Assembly (NCBI GenBank): GCA_965216325.1
Contig: OZ244160.1
Location: 2,912,001-2,976,000 of the forward strand
Reading direction: 5' to 3'
Source: Coraliomargarita sp.
Lineage (GTDB): Bacteria > Verrucomicrobiota > Verrucomicrobiia > Opitutales > Coraliomargaritaceae
Length of the DNA: 64,000 nt
The position numbers were made by a program, and so were the translations under genes. Below the pieces are notes generated by a model. The model made no database searches, was not told the DNA's origin, and saw only the letters and a program-made list of their open reading frames with translations. How positions within the stretch are numbered: the stretch's first letter is position 1; each line of letters starts with the position of its first letter. Below, one piece after another: positions 53,110 to 64,000 of the stretch.

Positions 53110-53955
53110 TTACTTCAAGAAGCGTTCGGTGAGCTGCTCAATGACGTAATCGCGGGCCTCTTCGACGCTGTCGATGATCTTCACAAGCTCCAAGTCTTCG
53201 GGAGAGATGGTGCCCCATTTGGCAAGGGCTTCGAGGTTGAGGATGTCGTTCCAGAAATCGCTGCCAAACAATACGATGGGGGGCACTGCTGGTGTCTTAT
53301 TCGTTTGAATTAAGGTGAGTGTCTCAAACAGTTCGTCCATTGTGCCGAAACCTCCGGGGAAGGCGATCAGGGCTTTGGCCATGGTGACGAACCAGTATTT
53401 GCGCACAAAGAAGTAGTGGAACTCGAACTGGAGCTCATCGGGCACGTACTCGTTGACACCTTGCTCAAAGGGCAGACTGATGCCGAGGCCGACCGAGCGT
53501 CCGCCGGCTTGGTGTGCGCCGCGGTTGGCCGCTTCCATGATGCCAGGGCCTCCGCCGGAACAGACGACGAAACGGCGATGATCTTCGTGAAGGCTCATGG
53601 ACCACTTGGTGAGCTCTTCGGCCAGTTCGACGGCAGCAGTATAGTAGGGAGCTGCGCGAACGTTACAGTTGGCAAAGTGGAGGCGGCGAGCTTCTTCTGG
53701 CGTTGGGTTATCGAGGTCTTTGATTTCGGATTTTATCCGTACCAAATCAGCGGCAGCGACTTCGGGTGGGCGCGTGCGGGCTGAACCGAACATGACGATG
53801 GTGTCCTCGATATTCTCGGTTTCAAAGCGGGGGCCCGGCTCGATCATTTCGCAGAGCACTCGGATTGAGCGGGCGGGGTCGCTGGTCAGGAAATCGAGAT
53901 TCTTATATGCTTTGAGCGGCCAGTCGTCCTGAGGGTAATCTTGGGGTGTTGTCAT
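53110..53955 (-). CDS. LOG family phosphoribohydrolase
   Basis: FGSAR, GGGPGIMEAAN.GA, PGGFGT.DELFE. Confidence 0.93.
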   Translation of the reverse strand: MTTPQDYPQDDWPLKAYKNLDFLTSDPARSIRVLCEMIEPGPRFETENIEDTIVMFGSARTRPPEVAAADLVRIKSEIKDLDNPTPEEARRLHFANCNVRAAPYYTAAVELAEELTKWSMSLHEDHRRFVVCSGGGPGIMEAANRGAHQAGGRSVGLGISLPFEQGVNEYVPDELQFEFHYFFVRKYWFVTMAKALIAFPGGFGTMDELFETLTLIQTNKTPAVPPIVLFGSDFWNDILNLEALAKWGTISPEDLELVKIIDSVEEARDYVIEQLTERFLK

Positions 53956-54110
53956 AATAATATTCGTGTATGGTATGGAAAACTAGAGCCTGTAACGGAT
54001 CGTTCGATTTAGCAACCTCATGTCGGTAAGTTTTAGGATTGCGAGCGGCGGATTCCGCGCATGTTCTTGACCACTTATTGACCCTCAAACGCACGAATAA
54101 TTCCTAGCTC

Positions 54111-57100
54111 ATGTATCTCAAAGAGATCGTCATCAGTGGCTTCAAAAGTTTCGCCGACAGAACCAAACTCGATTTGCGCCGTGGCGTGACTGCCGTTGTA
54201 GGGCCGAATGGCTGTGGTAAGAGTAATATTGTCGATGCGATCCGCTGGGTGCTCGGTGAGCAGAGCGCGAAAGCGCTGCGTGGTGCGTCGATGCAGGACG
54301 TTATTTTTGAAGGCACCGACAAGCGCAAGGGCCTGCCATTTTGTGAGGTAGCGCTCACTTTTACCGACTGTGAAGAAGAGCTCGGGACTGCCTTTAACGA
54401 GGTGGAAATTTCTCGCCGTGTGACGCGTGAGGGGGGCTCGGATTACTACATCAACGGCAAGGTTTCTCGTCTGAAGGACATTCAGCGCCTGTTCGCCAAC
54501 ACAGGTGTGGGGCGTGTGTCTTATTCCTTCATGCTACAGGGGCAAATCGACCAGATTTTGTCTACCAATCCGGCTGAACGCCGCACGATTTTCGAAGAGG
54601 CTGCGGGTATTACGCTCTACAAGGCGCAGCGCAAGGAAGCACTCAACAAGTTGGGCCTTGTCGATGCAAACTTGGCGCGTGTGACTGATGTGATCGAAGA
54701 AGTCAGCCGTCAAATCGGATCGCTTAAGCGTCAGGCGAGCAAAGCGCTTCGTTATCAACGGATTAAGCATCGCCTGTCGCACTTGGACTTGGCCTTTAAT
54801 GCCTACCGTCACGCCAACTTGAGCGAGTCGATCGATGCGGTTGCTAGCCGCGCGGAAGAAGTGCGCTCAAAGCTCGAAGCACACACGAACGCTTTAGACG
54901 CCGACGAAGAGGCACTCGCAGTCAAGAAGGCCGCACGTGGTGAACTGTTCGAAAAGATGCAGGAGCTGCAGCAGCGAGTTTATAATTTACGCTCCGAAAA
55001 GGAGAACGCGGACAATCAGTCTGAGTTTGCTGAGATTCGCGCCAAGGATTTGGAAGGTCGTATTTTTGAGTATCAAAACGAGATCGAAGGCCTTGAAGAA
55101 CAAAAGGAAGCGCTGGCAGAGCGTGCGGAGAACGAGGCTGAGAACAAGCAGATGCAGCTCGACGTGGTCGACGACTCCGACCGTATTTTTCAAGATCGCA
55201 GTAGTGAACTGGTTCGTGCGCAGGAACAACTTGGCGAAATGGAGGCGGAACTGCAGCGCCGTCGTCAGGAAGTCTTGCACGCCGAGAATCGTATCAGTCG
55301 TGCCCGTTCGAATTGCACGACTTTGGAGGTGGACCTGAAGACCTACCAGGTCAAGCATGCCTCACTGTCGGAGACGGTTCTGCAACTGAACGAGGAGGTC
55401 GAAGTGCTGGAGCGTGATCTTGGTGAGATCCAACGCACATTGACCAAGCGTCGCCAGGAGCAGGAAGCCAGTGAGTCGGCAGTTGAGGCGGCCCGTGAAG
55501 AATCTAAAGCGATCTTGAACCAGTTTCGCTCGCTGCAGGAGCGCATTCAGGAACAAGATCGTGGTGTCGCGCGCAAGACGGCTCAGCTCAATGTGCTTGA
55601 AGGCCTACAGGCAAAGTTCGAAGGCTTCGGCGAAGGCGCGAAAGCAATCCTTGGCGACAAGCTTGGTGAGGTGGTGTCCAAGGACAGCGTATCCATTATT
55701 TCGAAAGAACTAAAAGTGCAGCCTGCCTACACCAAGGCGATTGAGACTTTGCTCGGTCCTGCAATGGAAGCGCTCTTTATTGGCAAATCCGACAAAGCAC
55801 TCAGCGTCATTGGCAAACTTGACGCAGACCAACTCGGACGCGCCTGTTTGCAAATCGACATCGAGGCTGCGGTCGGCACACCAAAGGTTAAGCTTCCGGA
55901 AGACATTGTTCCCGCCGCATCGGTTGTGAATGTCCGTGACAAGGCACTCTTCAACCCAGCTCAGCGCCTGCTTTCAGGCTGCTACTTTGCTGAAGACCTC
56001 AACAGCTTTATCGATTTCTGGAAGTCGAACCTGGAGTTCAACTTCTTGCTGGTTGCCACCAAGAATGGTGAGATCGTTGATTGTCGTGGCCTGATTCATG
56101 GTGGTCGCACCTCTGGCAAGAAGTCTGCCAGTGTGCTTGAGCGCGAGGCAGAGATCCGTACCTTGCGTGGCGAAATCAAAGCCGAGCGTGAGGAACTGAA
56201 CGAGCTGCGGCAGGAAGCTGAAGCGTTGGATGAACGCCGAAATACCGCTGAAGCGACTGTTGAAGAACAACGTCAGCGCCAAGGCGAACTCGCCAGTGAA
56301 GTGTCGGCACTGGTGGCTGAAGAACGCGGTCAGAATCAGAAGATCGAGCAAAATGCCCGCTCACGGAACGCTGCAGAAGACGAAATTGCGAAGCTCGATG
56401 CACGCCATGGGGATTCGGTCGAAGCTCTCGAAAAGGCCAAGGAAGAATTGGAGGCGGCAGAGCAGGGGCTCGCTGATGAACGCCAGACAGGCAACGACCT
56501 TGAAGACGCGATTGCCCGCGCCCGAGAAACGCGCGATCAAAAGCGCGAGGCGCTTGCGGATGTTCGCTTGGAGCTGGCCGAAAAAAAGCAGCGTCTCGAA
56601 TCGCTGGATCGTGCGCTTGGCGAAGTGCAGCGCGAGACTGCTAGCTTGCAGGAGCGCATACTGCGCCGCAATCAGGAGATCGACACGATCAACGAGCAGA
56701 TCACTAAACTCAAGCAAAGTGGCACGGTTGAAGCCTCCAAATCTGCCGAATTGGAACGCACACTGTCGGTTGCCACCGAGGAGCTTGACCGCGATCGTGT
56801 TGCGCTCAAGGAGATGGATGCGCAGATTTCAGAGGTCGACAGCACGCTGACGGGCCGCCGCAACGAGAGTCGTGTGCTCGATCAGGAAATGACCAAGCTG
56901 GAAATACGCCTCGCCGAAGAGCGCTCGCAGCTTGGTTTCATTCAGAGCAACGCGCAGGATGACTACCAGAAGGATCTCGATCAGGTGGATTGGAAGATGC
57001 AGCTGTGGGAGGCCAACGTCGAATTTGAGAAGCGTGTCAACCTCGACGAAATGGACGACCCGGATAAGATCGCCGCGCAGCCGAAGCGGGAACGTCGCGA

Positions 57101-57836
57101 TCCGACTCAAGAGGAATTTGAGGAGATGGAGCGCACCGATTGGGCCGAGGTCGAACGTGAAGTGCACGAATTGAAGGGCCGCATTGCCAATATGGGGCCG
57201 GTAAATCTAGAGGCGATCAGCGAATACACGGACCTTAAGGAGCGCCACGACTTCCTGAAGGGGCAGAGCGAAGACCTCTGGAACTCTAAGAACGCGCTGA
57301 TTAAGACCATCGATGAGATTAACGAAACCTCACAGTCTCTCTTCCGTGAAACCTTCGAGCAGGTCAAAAAGAACTTTGCGTTCACCTACGAGAAGATTTC
57401 GGGTGGTGGCGATTCCGACCTTAAGTTGATCGACTCCGAGGATCCACTCGAATCCGGCATCGAAATTATTGCCCGTCCTCCGGGCACGCGCCTGAAAAGC
57501 GTGACGCTGCTATCCGGTGGTCAGCGCACCATGGCTGCGGTTGCTTTGCTCTTCGCGATTTACATGGTTAAGCCGAGTCCGTTCTGCGTGCTCGACGAAA
57601 TTGACGCGGCGCTCGACGACGCCAATATCGGCCGTTTCTGCGATACTTTGCACGGTTTCACCGATAAGTCGCAGTTCCTGATTATCACGCACAATAAGCG
57701 CACCATTTCCAATGCGGACACGGTTTTCGGTGTCACCATGCCGGAGAAGGGGGTCTCGACACTGATCTCTATGCGTTTCAACAAGGACACCAACCGTCCG
57801 GAGATGTCCACCGCCGACAGCCAGCAGCCGTTTTAA
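54111..57836 (+). CDS. smc: chromosome segregation protein SMC
   Basis: [15 protein letters not shown], coiled coils and hinge, [14 protein letters not shown]. Confidence 0.97.
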   Translation: MYLKEIVISGFKSFADRTKLDLRRGVTAVVGPNGCGKSNIVDAIRWVLGEQSAKALRGASMQDVIFEGTDKRKGLPFCEVALTFTDCEEELGTAFNEVEISRRVTREGGSDYYINGKVSRLKDIQRLFANTGVGRVSYSFMLQGQIDQILSTNPAERRTIFEEAAGITLYKAQRKEALNKLGLVDANLARVTDVIEEVSRQIGSLKRQASKALRYQRIKHRLSHLDLAFNAYRHANLSESIDAVASRAEEVRSKLEAHTNALDADEEALAVKKAARGELFEKMQELQQRVYNLRSEKENADNQSEFAEIRAKDLEGRIFEYQNEIEGLEEQKEALAERAENEAENKQMQLDVVDDSDRIFQDRSSELVRAQEQLGEMEAELQRRRQEVLHAENRISRARSNCTTLEVDLKTYQVKHASLSETVLQLNEEVEVLERDLGEIQRTLTKRRQEQEASESAVEAAREESKAILNQFRSLQERIQEQDRGVARKTAQLNVLEGLQAKFEGFGEGAKAILGDKLGEVVSKDSVSIISKELKVQPAYTKAIETLLGPAMEALFIGKSDKALSVIGKLDADQLGRACLQIDIEAAVGTPKVKLPEDIVPAASVVNVRDKALFNPAQRLLSGCYFAEDLNSFIDFWKSNLEFNFLLVATKNGEIVDCRGLIHGGRTSGKKSASVLEREAEIRTLRGEIKAEREELNELRQEAEALDERRNTAEATVEEQRQRQGELASEVSALVAEERGQNQKIEQNARSRNAAEDEIAKLDARHGDSVEALEKAKEELEAAEQGLADERQTGNDLEDAIARARETRDQKREALADVRLELAEKKQRLESLDRALGEVQRETASLQERILRRNQEIDTINEQITKLKQSGTVEASKSAELERTLSVATEELDRDRVALKEMDAQISEVDSTLTGRRNESRVLDQEMTKLEIRLAEERSQLGFIQSNAQDDYQKDLDQVDWKMQLWEANVEFEKRVNLDEMDDPDKIAAQPKRERRDPTQEEFEEMERTDWAEVEREVHELKGRIANMGPVNLEAISEYTDLKERHDFLKGQSEDLWNSKNALIKTIDEINETSQSLFRETFEQVKKNFAFTYEKISGGGDSDLKLIDSEDPLESGIEIIARPPGTRLKSVTLLSGGQRTMAAVALLFAIYMVKPSPFCVLDEIDAALDDANIGRFCDTLHGFTDKSQFLIITHNKRTISNADTVFGVTMPEKGVSTLISMRFNKDTNRPEMSTADSQQPF

Positions 57837-57842
57837 ATTGTT

Positions 57843-57876
57843 GGGGTCCCGGCTTTAGCCGGATTCAGGCCTGAAT
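57843..57876. repeat. REP-like tandem hairpins
   Basis: CCGGCT-TT-AGCCGG followed by ATTCAGG|CCTGAAT. Confidence 0.5.
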
Positions 57877-57913
57877 TGAAGCGGTTGGAAGCGCGCTTCT
57901 ACTTTTTCCACAC

Positions 57914-58147
57914 GTGATTTCACTCAACATAGACGTTTTCTTTCTCCTCTACATGGGGGGCGGTTTCCTGCTGATCTTCAGTCTGTGGTTCTATAACGAC
58001 CACAAAGATCGGCAGCGCAATGAAGCGCGCGCGGCAAAAGTAATCTATCACTGCATCAAATGTAGCCAAATTTACACGGGGCCGCAGGGCAGTGAAGAAT
58101 GCGATTGCCCTCAATGCGGCTTTACGAATGGTCGACTCAGATTTTAA
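57914..58147 (+). CDS. small membrane-anchored Zn-ribbon protein
   Basis: TM segment followed by CIKC...CPQCG; GTG start. Confidence 0.75.
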   Translation: MISLNIDVFFLLYMGGGFLLIFSLWFYNDHKDRQRNEARAAKVIYHCIKCSQIYTGPQGSEECDCPQCGFTNGRLRF

Positions 58148-58203
58148 CACTTGATCCGGTCCTCGGAACCCTCTCACTCTAACTTTTACTCATCACTTCC
58201 AGT

Positions 58204-59751
<1,548 letters not shown>

Positions 59752-59819
59752 GGAACCTAATGGAGACTTTTTGGTCTTCGAGATGTCCTAGTATCGCTTG
59801 GAAGCACTGTTTTAGTTGA

Positions 59820-60554
59820 ATGAAGTCAGTATTTACATTCGTCCTGCTCTCGGTCGTGACCGCATTGTCGGCATCTGCGACGACGCCCCCAACTGCAAAG
59901 GATGTGATCAATCGAGCGCGTGCCACAACCGCGACCGAGAAAGCGCTGAAGGATTTGGTGACGGTTCAATTCGTAGGGCAGATCATCGCGAAGGACGAAA
60001 GCATGCCTTCGGCTACCGTCTATATCGCAGCCCGCAAGCCGCTCTCGCAGCGGATGGTTGTGCGTTCCGGCGAGGTCGAGGAAACGACGATTCTAAACTG
60101 TCAGCGTGCGATCATTGTGCGTTCGCAGGTAGGGGGAAAGCAGGGGCAAATGCGTGAATTATCCGGTGCCGAGTTACAGCGCATCAAAAGTTCGACCCGT
60201 GATATCTTCAGCTACTATCGCCCGGACTATAAGCACGGTGAGAAAGTTCGATATGCGGGAATTGTCCAACATCGGGGCCAGCGCTGCCACAAGCTGGTGT
60301 ATAAATATCCTGAAGATGGACCGAAGACAGTTCGTTACTTTGCGGTGAATGATGATACGCTTGTTTCAATTGTAACCAATAACGGTATTGAAAGTGTGGA
60401 GATTGGTGAGCAGATTGTCGGTGGAATTAAGTTTCCTCAGAAAATCGAATTCTACCTGAAAAACCAAATGCTGCACACCCTCGTGATCAAAGAAGTCAAA
60501 GTAAATAAGCCGTTGCCAGCGGATGTCTTTGATATGCCGAAGCGGAAGCAGTAG
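59820..60554 (+). CDS. exported beta-rich protein (possible LolA-like fold)
   Basis: Signal peptide; ends V.EVKVN.PL.ADVF..P, as in LolA-like families. Confidence 0.55.
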   Translation: MKSVFTFVLLSVVTALSASATTPPTAKDVINRARATTATEKALKDLVTVQFVGQIIAKDESMPSATVYIAARKPLSQRMVVRSGEVEETTILNCQRAIIVRSQVGGKQGQMRELSGAELQRIKSSTRDIFSYYRPDYKHGEKVRYAGIVQHRGQRCHKLVYKYPEDGPKTVRYFAVNDDTLVSIVTNNGIESVEIGEQIVGGIKFPQKIEFYLKNQMLHTLVIKEVKVNKPLPADVFDMPKRKQ

Positions 60555-60562
60555 CGCTCCGA

Positions 60563-60973
60563 ATGGATGTTTACCAAGTAGGCGTTTGCCCAGTCACGGA
60601 AGATGGAAAGCTGGTGTTGATTACCAGTCGTGGTTCGGGCTATTGGATCTTTCCGAAAGGAAAGGTGGAGAAAGGCCGTGAAGACTTTGATGTCGCTGAA
60701 GATGAAGCCTATGAGGAGGCGGGTATTCTGGGTGATGTTGGAAAAGAATATCAGTCGTTCCCCGTGTGTTCGAGTAAGTCGCTAAAGCTGCACTTGTATC
60801 CCATGCGCGTGAAGATGCTGCTGAGTCGTTGGCCTGAGGTAGATGAGCGCGAGCGCCGTGTGGTATCTTACCACAAAGCAAGAGATCTACTGAGTGGTGA
60901 CTTGAGCGAAGCGCTCAAAGCGATGTGGAAGGAATGGCTGAAGCATGACGCCAGTCGTTGGCTGGAGGAGTAG
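60563..60973 (+). CDS. NUDIX hydrolase
   Basis: LITSR...W.FPKG.......A..EA.EEAG; WPE..ER.R. Confidence 0.9.
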   Translation: MDVYQVGVCPVTEDGKLVLITSRGSGYWIFPKGKVEKGREDFDVAEDEAYEEAGILGDVGKEYQSFPVCSSKSLKLHLYPMRVKMLLSRWPEVDERERRVVSYHKARDLLSGDLSEALKAMWKEWLKHDASRWLEE

Positions 60974-61068
60974 TGTAGGGCTTCTGCTTGCAGAATGCCG
61001 ATTTGCGGAAGGAGGCGTCGTGCCCTCAGGGCCTTGAGCCTGTCGAAACGGCAAGCACGAGCCCTACA
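60974..61068. repeat. composite REP-like element
   Basis: TGTAGGGCTTCTGCTTGC...GCAAGCACGAGCCCTACA enclosing a TTCGACAGGCTCA-type unit. Confidence 0.8.
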
Positions 61069-62032
61069 GCATACTTTGGACAAATTCGACGCTGCGTGAC
61101 TCCGACCAGTATTCGTTGTTGTCATTGAACTGCAGAAATCCGCAGTGACCGCCGTCATTGGGTGTTTCCAAATGAAAGTTCGGATTCTTGTCAGCTGATG
61201 AATAGGGAAAACAGCTCGGAGTCAGGAAGGGATCGTCGAGTGCATTGATCAGCAAGGTTGGAATCTGAATGTTCTCTAGGCGTGTTTGGCAGCTGCTTTG
61301 CTGCCAGTATTCTTCGGCATTCTTGAAGCCGTGAATCGGCGCGGTGTAGGCATCATCGAACTGAGCGAAGGTCTTCATGTCGTCGAGTCCATGGTCCTTG
61401 ATCAGTTCAGGGAATCGCGCAATCTTCTCACGCACTTTGGGGCGGAGGAAATTCATAAAGCGACGCATGTAGATGTGATTGCTCCAGTGCTCGAGGCGTT
61501 TCGCGCTACTGGCCAAGTCGCAGGGGACAGAGAGCGCGACTGCTGCTCGGATGCGCGCATCCACTTCTGACCCGCCGTCTCCGAGTAGCTTGAGCATCAA
61601 GTTTCCCCCTAGGCTGAAACCGATGAGTGCGATTTTCTCGTAGTTAGTAGTCGCGAAAACATGCTGTAAGATCAGCTCGAGTTCGTCGCTGGAGCCACTG
61701 TGGTAACTGCGCAGTTGCGTATTCGGTTCGCCGCTACAGCTCCTGAAATTCCAAGCCAGCACGTTCCATTCGGCGCGGTCGAAGGCTCCTGCCATTCCTT
61801 GAATGTAGTGCGCGCGTGAGTGTCCTTCAAGGCCGTGGGTAATAATCGCGAGACGCTTGTTTGAGTGGTTCGTCGACCAATCTAAATCGAGAAAATCCTT
61901 ATCCGGTGTGTGGATGCGCTGACGCTTGCTGGTCAGTAGTGGGACTTTGCGGTAAAGTGAGGGATAGATCGTCTGCAAGTGACCGCTTCGCGCCCAAAAT
62001 GGTGCCTTGTAGTTGGATTCGATGTGCGGCAT
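61064..62032 (-). CDS. YheT-family alpha/beta hydrolase
   Basis: HLQTI, HGLEG, GFSLGG, DDPF, GGH.GF. Confidence 0.92.
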   Translation of the reverse strand: MPHIESNYKAPFWARSGHLQTIYPSLYRKVPLLTSKRQRIHTPDKDFLDLDWSTNHSNKRLAIITHGLEGHSRAHYIQGMAGAFDRAEWNVLAWNFRSCSGEPNTQLRSYHSGSSDELELILQHVFATTNYEKIALIGFSLGGNLMLKLLGDGGSEVDARIRAAVALSVPCDLASSAKRLEHWSNHIYMRRFMNFLRPKVREKIARFPELIKDHGLDDMKTFAQFDDAYTAPIHGFKNAEEYWQQSSCQTRLENIQIPTLLINALDDPFLTPSCFPYSSADKNPNFHLETPNDGGHCGFLQFNDNNEYWSESRSVEFVQSML

Positions 62033-62044
62033 TACTCTTTATAG

Positions 62045-62071
62045 GTAGGGCAGTCTCGCCGAGACTGCCGC
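62045..62071 (+). repeat. solo GTAG-type REP-like unit
   Basis: GTAGGGCAGTCTCGCCGAGACTGCCGC hairpin. Confidence 0.7.
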
Positions 62072-62086
62072 AGCTTGGTCGATGTG

Positions 62087-62719
62087 TTAATCATCGAGCT
62101 TGCGGTAGAGGTTGATCTCTTTGTCGCCGAGGTAGGCGACTAGGATCGCACCTTCACCCGCAAGTGCATCGAAGAGCTTCAGCGCCATCTCTTGCTCGCC
62201 CGGCCAGGGATACATGAAGAAGAGATCTACTTCTTCGATATCGATGTCCATCCCCTCGTAGCGCGGAGGGGCATCATAGCTGCTGCCGTAGTCGTCTCTG
62301 GCTAAATCGGTCGTGCCGAGGGTTTCGTATTCGGTGAATCCCTCCGGGACATAACTGCAGGCGATGAACTCGGCGTCGACCTTTTGCTGTTCCAATAGCT
62401 CGCGGGCTTTGTCGACGAGGTCTTCCTGTAGTTCGATGCCGGTTGCTTCGTAGCCAAGCAGAGCGGCTAGACCGGTCGCGACACCAAAGCCGCTGCCCCA
62501 TTCGATGAAGGTCTCGCCCAGCGGCAGGTCTTGGTCGGTCACATACTTGAGCGCTGAATAGACCTGCGCGGGTTCGCTTGGCACGTATTTGGGATAGCGC
62601 TTGTGCAAGCCAGCATCCTGATAGTCGTCGTAGCGTCGATCCGCTTCGTCAATGAAAGCGGCGACCTCAAGAGGCAGATCGACTTCTTCCACCTCATAAT
62701 CGAGTTTTTCGTAGGCCAT
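62087..62719 (-). CDS. class I SAM-dependent methyltransferase
   Basis: F.EWGSGFG, GIE, YPWP motifs. Confidence 0.8.
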   Translation of the reverse strand: MAYEKLDYEVEEVDLPLEVAAFIDEADRRYDDYQDAGLHKRYPKYVPSEPAQVYSALKYVTDQDLPLGETFIEWGSGFGVATGLAALLGYEATGIELQEDLVDKARELLEQQKVDAEFIACSYVPEGFTEYETLGTTDLARDDYGSSYDAPPRYEGMDIDIEEVDLFFMYPWPGEQEMALKLFDALAGEGAILVAYLGDKEINLYRKLDD

Positions 62720-62722
62720 GGT

Positions 62723-63997
62723 TTAAGCTTCGCGGATTAAGCGGAAGGCACCGGCACCATCGTGTCCGGTTTTCCATGGATAGCTACATTCGCTGGCGTC
62801 TAGTTTGAAGTGCTTACCTCTATCGGAGTTCAGGAAGTGCTTTACCACGTCGGCATTCTCAGCCTGTTCGATACTACAGGTGCTGTAGATGATGCGTCCG
62901 CCAGGCTTGACGAATTTTGCAGCGGCGCAGAGGAGTTGCTTCTGCAGCTTTGCACAGTTGGCGATATCCTTCGCTTGCAGACGCCATTTCACATCCGTGC
63001 GGCGCTGGATGACACCGGTGTTGGAGCAGGGGGCGTCGAGCATGACCGCGTCGAACTCTGTGGGGCAAGCCGCACTGCGCAGTTGAGCTGCGTCCAGTTG
63101 CAGGATATCACTTTCAATGATGCTTGCTTTGACTTTGAGGCGCTGGAGGTTTTCGCGTAGGCGTTCGATGCGTGGGCCGGGTAGATCGACGGCGACGATT
63201 TCGCCAGTGCCGCTCATACCCTGAGCCATGTCGTAGGCCTTGCCGCCAGGAGCTGCGCACAGGTCGAGGATCGCTTCACCTGCTTGAGCATTGAGTAGCC
63301 CAGGGGCAATCCGAGTCGAGGGGTCTTTGATGTAAGCGCTGCCAGAGACGAGCAGGGCGCGAACAATATCGTTGCCGAGTTGTCCGCTGCTGAGTTTGTA
63401 GAAGTTCGGCCAGTCGGTGGCTTCAAGATCTGCGGGGGCGGGACCCGAGGTCTTTAGATAGTTCGTTGGAATCTGTTGATTCCAATCAAGTAACTGAGTG
63501 GTGTCCTCTGTGCCGAATTCTTTGTTCCAGTGCTCGACCAGCCAATCGGGATGGCTGTAAAAGGCGGAAGTCTCCTCGGCGGAGATGTCGTGCAGGGCTT
63601 TTTGCAGCTTGCGTAGGACGGCATTGATCAGGCCGAGTTCGGCTTTTTTGAAGAGTTTCTTGGCGCGCTCGACCGCGTGATGGACGACCTTTGGGTGCTT
63701 CTCAAGCGGTTCGCTGAGTAGTTCGTAGCCAGCCACCAGGAAGACGGCTTCGACCATGGGACGAGGGGATTTGCGCAGCATTGGCTTCAGTGCGTTGAGT
63801 GTGCGGTGTCCGTGGCGCAAGGCCCCGAGGAACAGTGACTGGCAGCTGGCGCGTCGTTGACCCGAAATCGAGTCTGGAAGACGGTCGAGTAATTCGTCTG
63901 CTTTGCAGCCTTCTCGGAGGTAGGCTTCGGTCAGCGCCACGGCCAGATCCCACGCGCTTGCGCTGGGATTAGAGATTTCAAACTTAATGCTTCTCAT
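62723..63997 (-). CDS. rsmB: RsmB/NOP RNA m5C methyltransferase with NusB-like N-terminus
   Basis: SHP.WL, LDLCAAPGGK, DAPCS.TG, YSTCS, DG motifs. Confidence 0.9.
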   Translation of the reverse strand: MRSIKFEISNPSASAWDLAVALTEAYLREGCKADELLDRLPDSISGQRRASCQSLFLGALRHGHRTLNALKPMLRKSPRPMVEAVFLVAGYELLSEPLEKHPKVVHHAVERAKKLFKKAELGLINAVLRKLQKALHDISAEETSAFYSHPDWLVEHWNKEFGTEDTTQLLDWNQQIPTNYLKTSGPAPADLEATDWPNFYKLSSGQLGNDIVRALLVSGSAYIKDPSTRIAPGLLNAQAGEAILDLCAAPGGKAYDMAQGMSGTGEIVAVDLPGPRIERLRENLQRLKVKASIIESDILQLDAAQLRSAACPTEFDAVMLDAPCSNTGVIQRRTDVKWRLQAKDIANCAKLQKQLLCAAAKFVKPGGRIIYSTCSIEQAENADVVKHFLNSDRGKHFKLDASECSYPWKTGHDGAGAFRLIREA

Positions 63998-64000
63998 TGG

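Overview
Ordinary chromosomal segment (~54% GC by eye, not computed) that most resembles Verrucomicrobiota, probably Opitutia/Coraliomargarita-like; this is an inference from gene content and protein style. It is mostly housekeeping: tsaC/sua5, rpsR, recQ, type-B L36/L31, comEC, rarA, mlaEFDCA, tatD, sufE, eno, purU, carB, PPi-PFK, D-LDH, kdsD, O-antigen ligase, smc, guaA, rsmB and two tRNA-Arg genes. It also has a ParDE toxin-antitoxin islet and a TPR-ExbB-ExbD-TonB-like operon. I found no prophage, integrase, transposase or CRISPR array. The most unusual signal is a dense, diverse set of REP-like palindromes and short-repeat inverted elements. In an uncharacterised three-gene operon (33810-36753), two consecutive translationally coupled genes each carry a different REP-like doublet in frame within the signal-peptide coding region. 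Excising the perfect 81-bp inverted repeat of the first restores a compact signal, MRIFLFLAILAGC. Other notes: an in-frame TAG in the permease at the left edge, REP ends supplying stop codons, a Cys-less MlaA, and a 32-bp perfect palindrome.
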